Positions 1 through 8,766 of a stretch of 64,000 nucleotides of DNA are shown here, in pieces (position 1 is the stretch's first letter; each line of letters opens with the position of its first letter). A program made the translations under genes and the position numbers. The stretch comes from Treponemataceae bacterium (GTDB lineage Bacteria > Spirochaetota > Spirochaetia > Treponematales > Rectinemataceae), in assembly GCA_963678065.2 (NCBI GenBank), contig CAXXVZ010000003.1, forward strand, positions 416,001-480,000, read 5' to 3'. The notes beneath the pieces were generated by a model. It was not told the origin of the DNA. It was given only the letters and a program-made list of their open reading frames with translations, and made no database searches.

Positions 1-113
1 CCCCTTCTCAAGGAATCGGGAGGACGGGGCGGCGGTTCCGGCGCTTCGTTCAGGGCACGTTTTGACGACCGGGAAAGCCTTGAGCGCTTTGTCGGGGCCG
101 CCCGTCGCGTCAC
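1..113 (-). CDS. possible 5' end of a gene running off the window edge
   Basis: GTG at 113 with GGAG ~10 nt upstream; frame open to the edge (VTRRAAPTKRSRLSRSSKRALNEAPEPPP...); no recognisable domain. Confidence 0.25.
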   Translation of the reverse strand, partial: MTRRAAPTKRSRLSRSSKRALNEAPEPPPRPPDSLRR

Positions 114-153
114 GGGGTAGATACTCCAGGGCGCCGCCTAGGGAGCCGCCGGT

Positions 154-1302
154 TCAGCATTGCTTCGGACTGTTCCCCGAACCGAGATCGAGAGGGCGCC
201 TGTTGTCCGAAAGCCGGCGCTCGAGATACTCGCGGTCGAGACCGAGGCTCGAGACAATGCGTCTGACCTGGTCGGCGGACAGAAGGTTCTGCTCGGCATA
301 GAGATAGACGAGGGCCCGCTCGGCGATGCAGGGCACTTTGAGGGAGTTCATCTGCGCGGCGCAAGGGCTGTCGCCCTCGAGGTAGCGCGATTTGAGCGAT
401 GAGTGAAGGCGCGATTCGACGATGTTGCCGGCGATGGCGTTGAGTTCGGCCAGGAGAGGGGCCATGTCACCCCGCGCCGCGGCCTCGCCGAGCGGCTTCA
501 GTGTGAAATAGGTGTATTCTTTGGCCGGAAGGTAGTGGTGGGCGTCGCAGCGCGTGCAGTAGTTGGGTTCCCTGCCGTCGCGTTTCGTCCGGTCGCCTCC
601 TATGATGATGAGGGGATCGAAATAGAGGGCCGGGCACTCCTCGCCCTCCACTGTGTAGTAGCGGTAGGTGTAGAGGGAATCCGCGAGGCATTCCGGGTGT
701 TCGCAGTATGCGGTCAGAGGAAAGACGTCCGTGGCGTTTTCCAGGAGCAGGCGGGCCGTCTGGTTGAATATCTCGCGTCGGAAGTTGAGGACCAGGGTGG
801 GAAGGACGAAGACGAGTCCCCGCCTCGCGGACTCGTCGGCCATGAGGTACGCTATCCTTTCGTCGTAAAATGCGGCCTCGTCGACGATCCAGGTCCCTAT
901 GTCGGGATTCTCGGCGATGAGAGCCTCGAGCCCGAAGGAATCCCGAACCTTGCCGATACGCGAACCGCAGCGCTCATATCCTCCCCGGAATGCGAGAGCA
1001 TCGGCGGGGTACTCGGGGAATCGTGCCACATCGAGACTGGAGCGGACGACGAAGATGTTTCTGCGGTCAGCCCCCGATGTGCTCGTGGTGCGGGCGACCG
1101 TCTCCCCTTTTTTGAGGGCGACGAGACTGTCGCGCCACATGCGCGCGGAAAATTCAGTTTTTCCGGAGCCCATGGGTCCGATGACGAGTATCCGCCGTCC
1201 GGGTTTTTCAAAATCGAAATGGTTGAAGGGATGATGCACGTTCATGAGAGGAATACCCAGATTGGGCAAGAGTTTGGCCATATCGCTGGAAATGTCGTCC
1301 AT
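154..1302 (-). CDS. tdk: thymidine kinase, long form with C-terminal extension
   Basis: Walker A GPMGSGKT, Walker B WIVDEAAF, Zn-ligand-like AYCEHPEC and YCTRC, IIIGG lasso motif. Confidence 0.85.
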   Translation of the reverse strand: MDDISSDMAKLLPNLGIPLMNVHHPFNHFDFEKPGRRILVIGPMGSGKTEFSARMWRDSLVALKKGETVARTTSTSGADRRNIFVVRSSLDVARFPEYPADALAFRGGYERCGSRIGKVRDSFGLEALIAENPDIGTWIVDEAAFYDERIAYLMADESARRGLVFVLPTLVLNFRREIFNQTARLLLENATDVFPLTAYCEHPECLADSLYTYRYYTVEGEECPALYFDPLIIIGGDRTKRDGREPNYCTRCDAHHYLPAKEYTYFTLKPLGEAAARGDMAPLLAELNAIAGNIVESRLHSSLKSRYLEGDSPCAAQMNSLKVPCIAERALVYLYAEQNLLSADQVRRIVSSLGLDREYLERRLSDNRRPLDLGSGNSPKQC

Positions 1303-1364
1303 TGTGTACCCTTTTTCTGGAAGTGTGTACCGTGGACCTGCCGGAATCCGGAGAGGTCTTTTGT

Positions 1365-1400
1365 ACGACGATGGGGAACCCTGAAGTTCCCCATCGTCGT
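1365..1400. terminator. perfect 15-bp hairpin after the oppA operon (terminator or mRNA stabiliser)
   Basis: ACGACGATGGGGAAC-cctgaa-GTTCCCCATCGTCGT just past the stop at 1402; no clear U-tract on the minus strand. Confidence 0.6.
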
Positions 1401-1401
1401 G

Positions 1402-2382
1402 TCAGTTTTCCTTTGGTTCTATGATCCGCCTCGAGGATATCAGCGCGCCCCCGATGCTGCTTCCCACGAGACCTGTCAGGAAAAGGCTCTGGGCCAGGGG
1501 GCCGAAAATGGAGGCGAGATACGCGGAAAGCGTTGCCCCGTTGGCGGAACTCAGGATCTGAGCCATCTCGGGCGGAAGCAGCGCGCGCAGGGCGGGCGCG
1601 CCAGGCAGATAGAGCAAGGCTCCCGCAAGCATGACGAGGACGGATGGAATCATGATGTATTTGCCCGCTCGTCTCAGCCTCTCGGCGCCCCTGCTCGATC
1701 CGAGGAAGGAGAGGGCCGCGATTATGAGTGAAGCGGCGAATGCGAGTCCCGTGGCGGCAGGTGCTGCCGAAAGTGGGTTGAACCGGATGATGCCGATGCG
1801 GCCGGTTTTCGGAACATTCGGCGTCCGTACCGGTTCCGCGAGGCTGTCCGGGATGGAAGCCAGAACCTTTTCGAAGGCGGAGCGGGTCAACTTTTCCGCC
1901 GCCGGCACTGAAATGGAGGAAGGACGGAAGCTGAGGTCGGAAGTTCCGGGAGTACCTTCTTTGACAGGCAGGGCTGCGATATAGCCCCGCGCGATGTCCG
2001 GGATGGCCAGAGCCATCCGTCTCTTGAGCGGGCGGAGATCGAGATCCACGGTATGATCGGAGGGGGCTGGGCCGAGCGCGTCGAACAGTTCGTCTACGGC
2101 CCGTCCCGCGAGATCCTTGAGTTCCGGAACAGGCAGCTTTTTCTGCAGGCCCGAGGCCAGCGCCCTGGTATCGATCCTGTAGCCGTCCTGGACGATGATG
2201 GGGTCGACGTTTTTCCAGGACAGAGGATCTGAAACGAGGGCGTAGAGCCTGTCATCGGTGAGGGCCTTTTTGTAGAAATCCTTGTCCGATACCCAGGGCT
2301 TGACGGCGAAAACGAGAAGGGCGGAGAGGGTGATCGGAAGGCCGACTGCGAGGTAGAGGATGCCGGAAAGGAACCTTCTCAC
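1402..2382 (-). CDS. hypothetical membrane protein (N-terminal TM, large soluble loop, ~3 C-terminal TMs)
   Basis: Start reassigned to GTG 2382, overlapping the oppA TGA (GTGA); hydrophobic helices at both ends. Confidence 0.7.
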   Translation of the reverse strand: MRRFLSGILYLAVGLPITLSALLVFAVKPWVSDKDFYKKALTDDRLYALVSDPLSWKNVDPIIVQDGYRIDTRALASGLQKKLPVPELKDLAGRAVDELFDALGPAPSDHTVDLDLRPLKRRMALAIPDIARGYIAALPVKEGTPGTSDLSFRPSSISVPAAEKLTRSAFEKVLASIPDSLAEPVRTPNVPKTGRIGIIRFNPLSAAPAATGLAFAASLIIAALSFLGSSRGAERLRRAGKYIMIPSVLVMLAGALLYLPGAPALRALLPPEMAQILSSANGATLSAYLASIFGPLAQSLFLTGLVGSSIGGALISSRRIIEPKEN

Positions 2383-4019
2383 TGGAGAACTCCGGAGTGC
2401 CCCGCATCCGCGACGTTTGAGCTGATCTTCTGTTCGCCGAAGCGGAGGTATTTGTATGGGTGGATATCGAGCGGATTCGTATACCATCCCTCGATGTAAT
2501 CGACATCTATGACATTGATCGAGAGGCCGTGGTACATCGGCATGAGGGCCGCGCTTTCAAGCAGCTTCGTTTCGGCCTTTTTCAGCATCTCGAAGCGGTC
2601 GCCGTCCTCTGCTCCCGAAGACGAGGCGATGAGCGCGTCGTAATCCGGATCGCTGTACCCCGAGTCGTTGAGGTTCGAGTCGGAGACCCAGAGCTGGAGG
2701 AAGGCCAGGGGGTCGGCAAAATCCCCGATCCAGGTGCTCTGCGCGAGCGTGAACTCGCCTGTGCGGATACCTTTGCGCGAAACGGCGAAATAATCGGCTG
2801 ACGAGACCGTGCGAATCTTTACGGTGATGGCCGGAAGGCTCTCCCACGCTGACTTCATGAGGCCGGCCACGCGCTGGGAGTCCTTGCCGGAAGGAGCGAG
2901 GATGGTCAGGGGAGGAAGACCCTTCCCTTCGGGGAAACCAGCCTCGGAGAGGAGCGAGAGGGCTCCGGCTCGATCCTGCTTTCCGAGACCTTCGACGCCC
3001 TCGTATCCGCCGAGGGGCAGGACGAGGGTTGAGGCGGGCAGGGGGTAGCTGTCTTTTGACCGCAGCTTGTCCCAGGGAAGGAGAAGCGCGAGAGCGCGCC
3101 GGACTCTGGCGTCGTCCCAGGGTTTGACAGAGGAGGAGAAAAACCAGTAGTTCGTGGCGAAAAGAGGGTTGTAGAGGATGGCCCCACGGCTGAGAAGTGC
3201 CTCGAGATCCATCGGTCCGGCCAGCCAGTGAGCTTCTCCGTCGTCGAACATGCGGGAGGCTTCCTTCTCATCGTCGGTGAAGACGAAATCGAGTCGGGGG
3301 ATGGCCACCGAAGCTGCGTCCCAGTATCGGGCATTGGCCCTCAGTTCGAGCCTGCCCTGTGTGTAGGATTTGAATGTGTAGGGGCCGCTCGTGGGAAAGG
3401 GCAGGACCTTTGTCCAGTCCCGCACCGTGAGCATGGAGGGATGGATGGGCGCGAACGAGTGGTGACAGAGAAGGCGCGTGAACCAAGGAGCGGGGGCTAT
3501 GAGCCGGACCTCTAGTTTTTTGTCCGACAGAGCCTTGACGCCGATCTTGGAAATATCGCGGGATTTTCCCGTCCGGAATTCCTTGACTCCCCCGATAATA
3601 TCGAAGAAGGAGGAATAGTCGGCTTTTGTGACGGGGTCGATTGCCCTGAGCCAGGAATTGACGAAATCCAGCGCAAGGATGGGGCTGCCATCGGACCACG
3701 TGGCGGTATCCCGTATTTCGAATGTGTAGGTGCGTGCGTCCGCAGAGCGGACATAGGATTTGCAGAGCGCCTTCACAGGATCGAGGGTGGAGGGGTCGTA
3801 GCTGAAAAGCCCCTCGTACAGGGCGGTGAATATCTGGGCCTCGGATGTAAAGATAGACCTCTGTGGATCGAACTGGATGTCGACATCATCCAGGACCGTG
3901 ACGAAGGATTCAGGCCTTTCCTGTTCTTGCGCACAAAGAGAGATTGGCACGGAGAGCGCGGCCAATGAGGCGAACACAAAGGATACGAGAACCCTGAAGC
4001 TGTGGTATGGCTTTTTCAT
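2379..4019 (-). CDS. oppA: peptide ABC transporter substrate-binding protein (family 5)
   Basis: Signal peptide; LYEGL, YTFEIR..ATWSDGSPI..DFVNSWLR, TSGPY, VRRAL, WIGDFADP motifs. Confidence 0.9.
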   Translation of the reverse strand: MKKPYHSFRVLVSFVFASLAALSVPISLCAQEQERPESFVTVLDDVDIQFDPQRSIFTSEAQIFTALYEGLFSYDPSTLDPVKALCKSYVRSADARTYTFEIRDTATWSDGSPILALDFVNSWLRAIDPVTKADYSSFFDIIGGVKEFRTGKSRDISKIGVKALSDKKLEVRLIAPAPWFTRLLCHHSFAPIHPSMLTVRDWTKVLPFPTSGPYTFKSYTQGRLELRANARYWDAASVAIPRLDFVFTDDEKEASRMFDDGEAHWLAGPMDLEALLSRGAILYNPLFATNYWFFSSSVKPWDDARVRRALALLLPWDKLRSKDSYPLPASTLVLPLGGYEGVEGLGKQDRAGALSLLSEAGFPEGKGLPPLTILAPSGKDSQRVAGLMKSAWESLPAITVKIRTVSSADYFAVSRKGIRTGEFTLAQSTWIGDFADPLAFLQLWVSDSNLNDSGYSDPDYDALIASSSGAEDGDRFEMLKKAETKLLESAALMPMYHGLSINVIDVDYIEGWYTNPLDIHPYKYLRFGEQKISSNVADAGHSGVLQ

Positions 4020-4026
4020 CGTTTTA

Positions 4027-4055
4027 AGTATGGTTCAAAATCACCGGGAAGGCAA
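4027..4055 (-). promoter_or_regulatory. sigma70-like promoter, leaderless geometry for oppA
   Basis: TTGCCT-N17-CATACT-N7-ATG; no Shine-Dalgarno. Confidence 0.55.
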
Positions 4056-4182
4056 CCTGGTGCCGGCCATCCCGTGGCTCCTGCACCCGGTTCACAGGCG
4101 GCGCAGGTCTGGAAATGCGTCGCAGGATGGATATCCGGGGCTGTTTTGAATCGCCTGAGTGATTCGGGGACGATCAGAGGGC

Positions 4183-5001
4183 ATGAAATTCGTTAAAAAA
4201 CTTTTCACGGCGACCTACGCTTTGCTCGCTTCGATCGGCCTCACCTGCTGCGACGCATCCCGGATACTCCAGGTTCACGAACTCATCGTCTCTCCTCCGC
4301 CAAGACCGGAAATATGGCATGAAATTCCATACATAGAATACAGGATATACTGGAGAAATCCCGAGGGAGGAATGGAAGAGAGGCGGCTGGAGGAAAATGA
4401 GAGAGCGGTTGTCAGTGTATCGAGGGGCGTTTTTCAGTGCATGAAGATGGAAGCGATTGCGCGATTCACACCATCCGGAGAGGCATTCCGATTGCGCCCC
4501 GCCGGAATGCTGTACCCGCACGAAAGCGCCCGGAGCGGCGACAGGCTGGTGGCTTCGTGGTCGCAGGGATATATCTGCGAGGTAGACGAAGCGCTCGAGC
4601 GAGGAAGTTTCGATCCGGACGAGTTCAATCTTCCTCGAATGGAGGCGATCGTGGACGGAGCGAGCGCTGACCCTTGGTTCCGCCCCATTGCGGAGAGCGC
4701 AAAGGACTTGACCGAAGGGCGGTTCAGGCAGGACGCCTTCGCCCCAGCCCGTCAATTCCATGTGCGCCTTCCAGGACCGGGACCCTGGTACCCGGAGAGT
4801 CCGTTCGGAGAAGCGGTGGTCGAGCTGCCTGAGGCGGGATGCGAGAAGGAAACTTTCCAAAGCGAAGGAAAGAGCATGATCCCGGATTTGGGAGCAAAGT
4901 TGCCGGCCGGAATCCACGGATACTTTGGTCCCTCAGGACGGCTTCTCGTCAGGGTCGAAGAGGACGGAAGCTTTCTCTGGGTCCGGTCTTCATTCCCGTG
5001 A
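4183..5001 (+). CDS. hypothetical lipoprotein
   Basis: MKFVKKLFTATYALLASIGLTCC: basic N-terminus, hydrophobic core, lipobox-like Cys; start reassigned to ATG 4183. Confidence 0.65.
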   Translation: MKFVKKLFTATYALLASIGLTCCDASRILQVHELIVSPPPRPEIWHEIPYIEYRIYWRNPEGGMEERRLEENERAVVSVSRGVFQCMKMEAIARFTPSGEAFRLRPAGMLYPHESARSGDRLVASWSQGYICEVDEALERGSFDPDEFNLPRMEAIVDGASADPWFRPIAESAKDLTEGRFRQDAFAPARQFHVRLPGPGPWYPESPFGEAVVELPEAGCEKETFQSEGKSMIPDLGAKLPAGIHGYFGPSGRLLVRVEEDGSFLWVRSSFP

Positions 5002-6924
5002 GATTTCGCTCGCGGGAATGGCGATCTCGAATCGGGAGCCGTGGCCGAATGAACTCTTTGCGGTTGCGCTGCCTTTGTGGACTATGGCGATGTGGCGCAC
5101 GATGGCGAGCCCGAGCCCCGTGCCGCCGGATTGCCTGCTTCGGGCTTTGTCGACACGGTAGAAGCGTTCGAAGATATGCGGCAGATCGCGAAGGGGTATG
5201 CCGGGGCCTTCGTCCTCCACGGTGAACACGACCATGTTCTCCTGCGCAAAGGCGCCGACGCGGACGAGGGAGGCTTCCGGGGAATACTTGGCGGCGTTGT
5301 CGATGAGGTTTGCGAGGGCCTGTTCCAAGAGGCCGAGGTTCGCGTCCATGAACAGGTCCGCGGGGCAGTCGGTCTCGATCCTGGTCTTCCGCGCCGAAAG
5401 GAGTGGGGCGGTGGCGTCGAGAGCCTCCCGGATGACGGTGCGGGCCTCGATGCGCTCCGTGGCCAGCCAGCTTCCCGAGTCCTGCTCAAGCCGTGCCAGC
5501 GACAGGAGGTCGGATACGATGTTGCCCATCCGGTCCGCGTTCTTGGCGATTATCCCGAGAAAGCGGGTCATGATTTCCGGGTCCTGCTGTTCGCCGGACA
5601 GAAGGGTTTCGGCAAAGCCCTTGATGAGGTGTATGGGGGTGCGAAGCTCGTGGGAGACATTTGCGACGAATTCCGTGCGGACCTTCCCCAGTCTGCGGAG
5701 CTCCGTGATGTCCGAAAGGGCGAGAACGGCTCCTCTCGCGGCAGCGTCGCCCGACCGGGAGAAGGGAAAGGGCGATGCCTGAACCCGGTACCAGGTTTCT
5801 CCCGTTTCGAAGAAGGCGATGTCCCGGTACGTATGGCCGCCAGAAGATATGCACTCGGATGCGAACGCCTCCAGTTCCGGGGAGCGGATGGCTTCCAGGA
5901 TGGACAAGCCCTCGATGCTGCGGTCGGGGATGCGGCCAAGTCTCTGCGCCGCCGGATTGGCGATGATGATCCTGAGATCAGGATCGAGGGCCACGACGGC
6001 TTCTCCCATGGATTCGAGGATCGTGGAGAATCGGAGTGCCTGGCTGCGAGCGGATTCGATGCGGGACTGAAGCTCGCGCGACATGGCGTCGATCGTTCTG
6101 TAGAGCAGGCTTATTTCGGCGGGAATGCCCGCATGCCGGCTCATGTCGGGTTTCTGTCGCGTTTCGGGGCGCAGATGCGGCGGATCGGATGGAGACGCCG
6201 CAGTCGAGGATGCGGGGAGGGTATGGAGGGAAATGTTGGCAGTATTCCCCGAGCTCACGGCGAGACGGGTTTCTGCGAGAGTCGCGAGGTCTTCGAGGGG
6301 CAGTGAAATCTGTCGCGAAAAAATCCAGGAAGCGACGGCGGCCACGACAGAGGCAAGAATTGTGGCCACTATGAGTGTCAATCTGAAAGGAGCAAGCTGG
6401 TTCCGTATGTCGGGGATGGTGGCCGCGAGCCGGAGAACGGCCACCGGAGATCCGTTTTTGACAACCGGAACTGCCGCGTAGAGGAATGCCTTGCCGAGAG
6501 TCGTCGATACACGGCGCGCGATCGATGGTTTTCCCCGCATTGCCGAGTAAATTTCCGGTCTCGAGGCGTGGTTCTCCATTTTTTCGGGCTGGGTGGATGA
6601 TTCTGCGAGAACGGTTCCGTCCGGAAGGATGAGGGTCACGCGGTATCCTGAGGCGGCCGAGAGTCGGGATACGAAGACAGCTGCGGGAGAAGGGTGGATT
6701 TCTCCGTCGGAGTAGGTGTTCTCTTTCTTTCCGGCCGATATTGCCGACTCGGGATCCATGATTGCGGCGAAGGACTGTGCGGTTGCGAGGAGTGAATTCC
6801 CGAACACCTGCGCGTGCAGCACCCCCATCAGCGCCATGCCTGCGGCCGAAACGCAGACGACGAGGGGAATGGATGCGAAAAAAAAGAAAATGAGGCTTTT
6901 GCGGAACAGGCTTTTTTCTTTCAC
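4990..6924 (-). CDS. phoR: PhoR-like sensor histidine kinase (2 TM, HAMP, PAS, HisKA, HATPase)
   Basis: FVANVSHELRTP H-box, NLIDNAAKYS N-box, DEGPGIP, FERFYRVDKARSR, GGTGLGLAIV. Confidence 0.85.
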   Translation of the reverse strand: MKEKSLFRKSLIFFFFASIPLVVCVSAAGMALMGVLHAQVFGNSLLATAQSFAAIMDPESAISAGKKENTYSDGEIHPSPAAVFVSRLSAASGYRVTLILPDGTVLAESSTQPEKMENHASRPEIYSAMRGKPSIARRVSTTLGKAFLYAAVPVVKNGSPVAVLRLAATIPDIRNQLAPFRLTLIVATILASVVAAVASWIFSRQISLPLEDLATLAETRLAVSSGNTANISLHTLPASSTAASPSDPPHLRPETRQKPDMSRHAGIPAEISLLYRTIDAMSRELQSRIESARSQALRFSTILESMGEAVVALDPDLRIIIANPAAQRLGRIPDRSIEGLSILEAIRSPELEAFASECISSGGHTYRDIAFFETGETWYRVQASPFPFSRSGDAAARGAVLALSDITELRRLGKVRTEFVANVSHELRTPIHLIKGFAETLLSGEQQDPEIMTRFLGIIAKNADRMGNIVSDLLSLARLEQDSGSWLATERIEARTVIREALDATAPLLSARKTRIETDCPADLFMDANLGLLEQALANLIDNAAKYSPEASLVRVGAFAQENMVVFTVEDEGPGIPLRDLPHIFERFYRVDKARSRQSGGTGLGLAIVRHIAIVHKGSATAKSSFGHGSRFEIAIPASEISRE

Positions 6925-7631
6925 GGTGTCCCGAAACGGTACCCGACGCCGCGTACGGTTTCCACCCGCTCACTATCGGGACCGAGTTTTTTGCGCAGGG
7001 AGAGTATCTGCACATCCACGGCCCTGTCGGTCACGGGGTAATCGGAACCCTTTATCAGTTCCAGTATTTTTGATCGCGTGAAGACGCGGCCCGGATTGCG
7101 CATGAGGAGTTCGAGGAGGCAGAATTCCGTCGCGGTCAGGTCGAGGGATCCTCCTGAGCCGACGACAGTGTGCATGTCCTGGTCGAGAGTGAGTCCGGCG
7201 ATGCTGATGACGGCCCGGTTTTGACGATCATCAGCCTGCGCCTCTCCCTCAGAGGAAATGGCGCGCCTCGTCACCGCCCGGATGCGCGCGGCGAGCACCT
7301 TCGTGCTGAAAGGCTTGACTATGTAGTCGTCGGCCCCGAGCTCGAGGCCGACAATTATGTCGGGTTCTTCCCCGCGCGCTGTCGCGAGAATGACGGGACA
7401 GGCCTGTCCCTCTTCTTTCGCGCGGATTTTCCTGAGCACGTCGAGTCCGCCTATGCCCGGGAGCATGATGTCGAGGATGACGCAATCCGGTTTCCGTTCC
7501 CGGAAAAGCTTCAGTCCACACTCTCCGTCCGGAGCCAGGCGTGCAGTCCAGCCTTCCCGCGAAAGCGAGTATGAGAGCAATTCCCCGATTTCCGGATCGT
7601 CTTCGACGATGAGAATGTCCAAGGATCCCAT
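6921..7631 (-). CDS. phoB: OmpR/PhoB-family response regulator
   Basis: ILIVEDD, LDIMLP, GADDYIVKPF, winged helix RAVDVQILSLRKKL..ETVRGVGYRF; start at ATG 7631 after GGAGG; stop overlaps kinase start. Confidence 0.85.
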   Translation of the reverse strand: MGSLDILIVEDDPEIGELLSYSLSREGWTARLAPDGECGLKLFRERKPDCVILDIMLPGIGGLDVLRKIRAKEEGQACPVILATARGEEPDIIVGLELGADDYIVKPFSTKVLAARIRAVTRRAISSEGEAQADDRQNRAVISIAGLTLDQDMHTVVGSGGSLDLTATEFCLLELLMRNPGRVFTRSKILELIKGSDYPVTDRAVDVQILSLRKKLGPDSERVETVRGVGYRFGTP

Positions 7632-7734
7632 GCTGTCCTTCCTCCGGGGCGATGTCATTGTGTCCCGCCGGTGACCCCGCGGGAAAGATGTCCGGGACCT
7701 GGGTCTTCTCCCGAGGATTGCCGCCCCTTCGTAC

Positions 7735-7787
7735 AGTATATGGTTGAACGGTCAGTTTTTCATTGGGATACTGTCAGGAAACTGTCA
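7735..7787 (-). promoter_or_regulatory. putative phoB promoter with adjacent Pho-box-like direct repeat
   Basis: ATGAAA-N17-TATACT (7763-7735); CTGTCA-ggaaa-CTGTCA with 11-bp period at 7771-7787. Confidence 0.35.
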
Positions 7788-8766
7788 GCCGCTTCGCTAT
7801 GGAGGCGCTGTCCGGTACCGACGCCTCTTCCATCCATTTCCGGATTCCTGCGCTCACGCGAAGAGCCGTTCCCGGATCGACGAAGGTTCCGGTTCCGACC
7901 TGGACCGCGACAGCACCCGCCAGGAGGTATTGTATCGCGTCGTCGGCCTCCATGATCCCGCCGAGCCCGATCACGGGGATGGAGACTGCCCGTGAAACCT
8001 TGTAGACGCAGGCGACCCCGACCGGCCGCACGGCGGGCCCGGAGAGTCCCCCTGTTCCCATGGCGAGGACAGGGCTCATCTTCCGCGTATCGATGACCAT
8101 TCCGACGAGAGTGTTGATGCAGGAAACAGCGTCTGCTCCTCCGGCTTCGGCTGCCCGAGCGATGGAGGTTATGTCCGTGACGTTGGGCGTGAGCTTGACG
8201 ATGAGAGCCCGGCGTGTGATTTTTCGCAGAACTGCGGTGAGTCTTTCCACCTGGACGGGATCGGTGCCGAAGGCCATGCCCCCGTGGCTGACATTCGGAC
8301 AACTGACGTTGATTTCGTAGCCGTCCACCCCTGTGCGCCCCATCCCCACGGTCAGAGGAGGCAGGTTGGTGCCGGTCTTTTCCTGCGCAGCGGCCTGGAA
8401 AGGTGGCAGTGCCTCTTCTATCCTTTCGATGACTCCCCGATACTCCTCTTCAGTGGATCCTGCGACATTCACGATGACGGAACAGCGCATCATTCTCAGA
8501 AGCGGCACTTTGTCATGTATGAAAATATCGACACCGGGGTTGGCCAGGCCGATAGAATTGAGCATTCCGGAGGGAGTTTCGACGATTCTCGGCGTCCGGT
8601 TTCCTATGCGGGGCTCAAGGGTGACGGCTTTTGTGTACAGAGCCCCCAATCGGTCGATATCGGCGAGGCTCTCGTACTCCGAACCGTAGCCGTAGGTGCC
8701 GGAGGCAAGCCCTACGGGATCGGGCATGGTGAGCGGGCCGATGCGGACACTGAAGTCGGGGCTCAT
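7774..8766 (-). CDS. pyrD: dihydroorotate dehydrogenase 1B catalytic subunit
   Basis: LASGT, GNRTPRIVET, NSIGLANPG, EINVSCPN, VKLTPNVTDI, GGLSGPAVRP; start ATG 8766 overlaps pyrK stop. Confidence 0.95.
   Translation of the reverse strand: MSPDFSVRIGPLTMPDPVGLASGTYGYGSEYESLADIDRLGALYTKAVTLEPRIGNRTPRIVETPSGMLNSIGLANPGVDIFIHDKVPLLRMMRCSVIVNVAGSTEEEYRGVIERIEEALPPFQAAAQEKTGTNLPPLTVGMGRTGVDGYEINVSCPNVSHGGMAFGTDPVQVERLTAVLRKITRRALIVKLTPNVTDITSIARAAEAGGADAVSCINTLVGMVIDTRKMSPVLAMGTGGLSGPAVRPVGVACVYKVSRAVSIPVIGLGGIMEADDAIQYLLAGAVAVQVGTGTFVDPGTALRVSAGIRKWMEEASVPDSASIAKRLTVS

Noticed and set aside
24..106. Long irregular hairpin suggesting SRP or 6S RNA
   Set aside because: No SRP helix-8 motif; equally explained as a GC-rich coding start on the minus strand; truncated by the window edge
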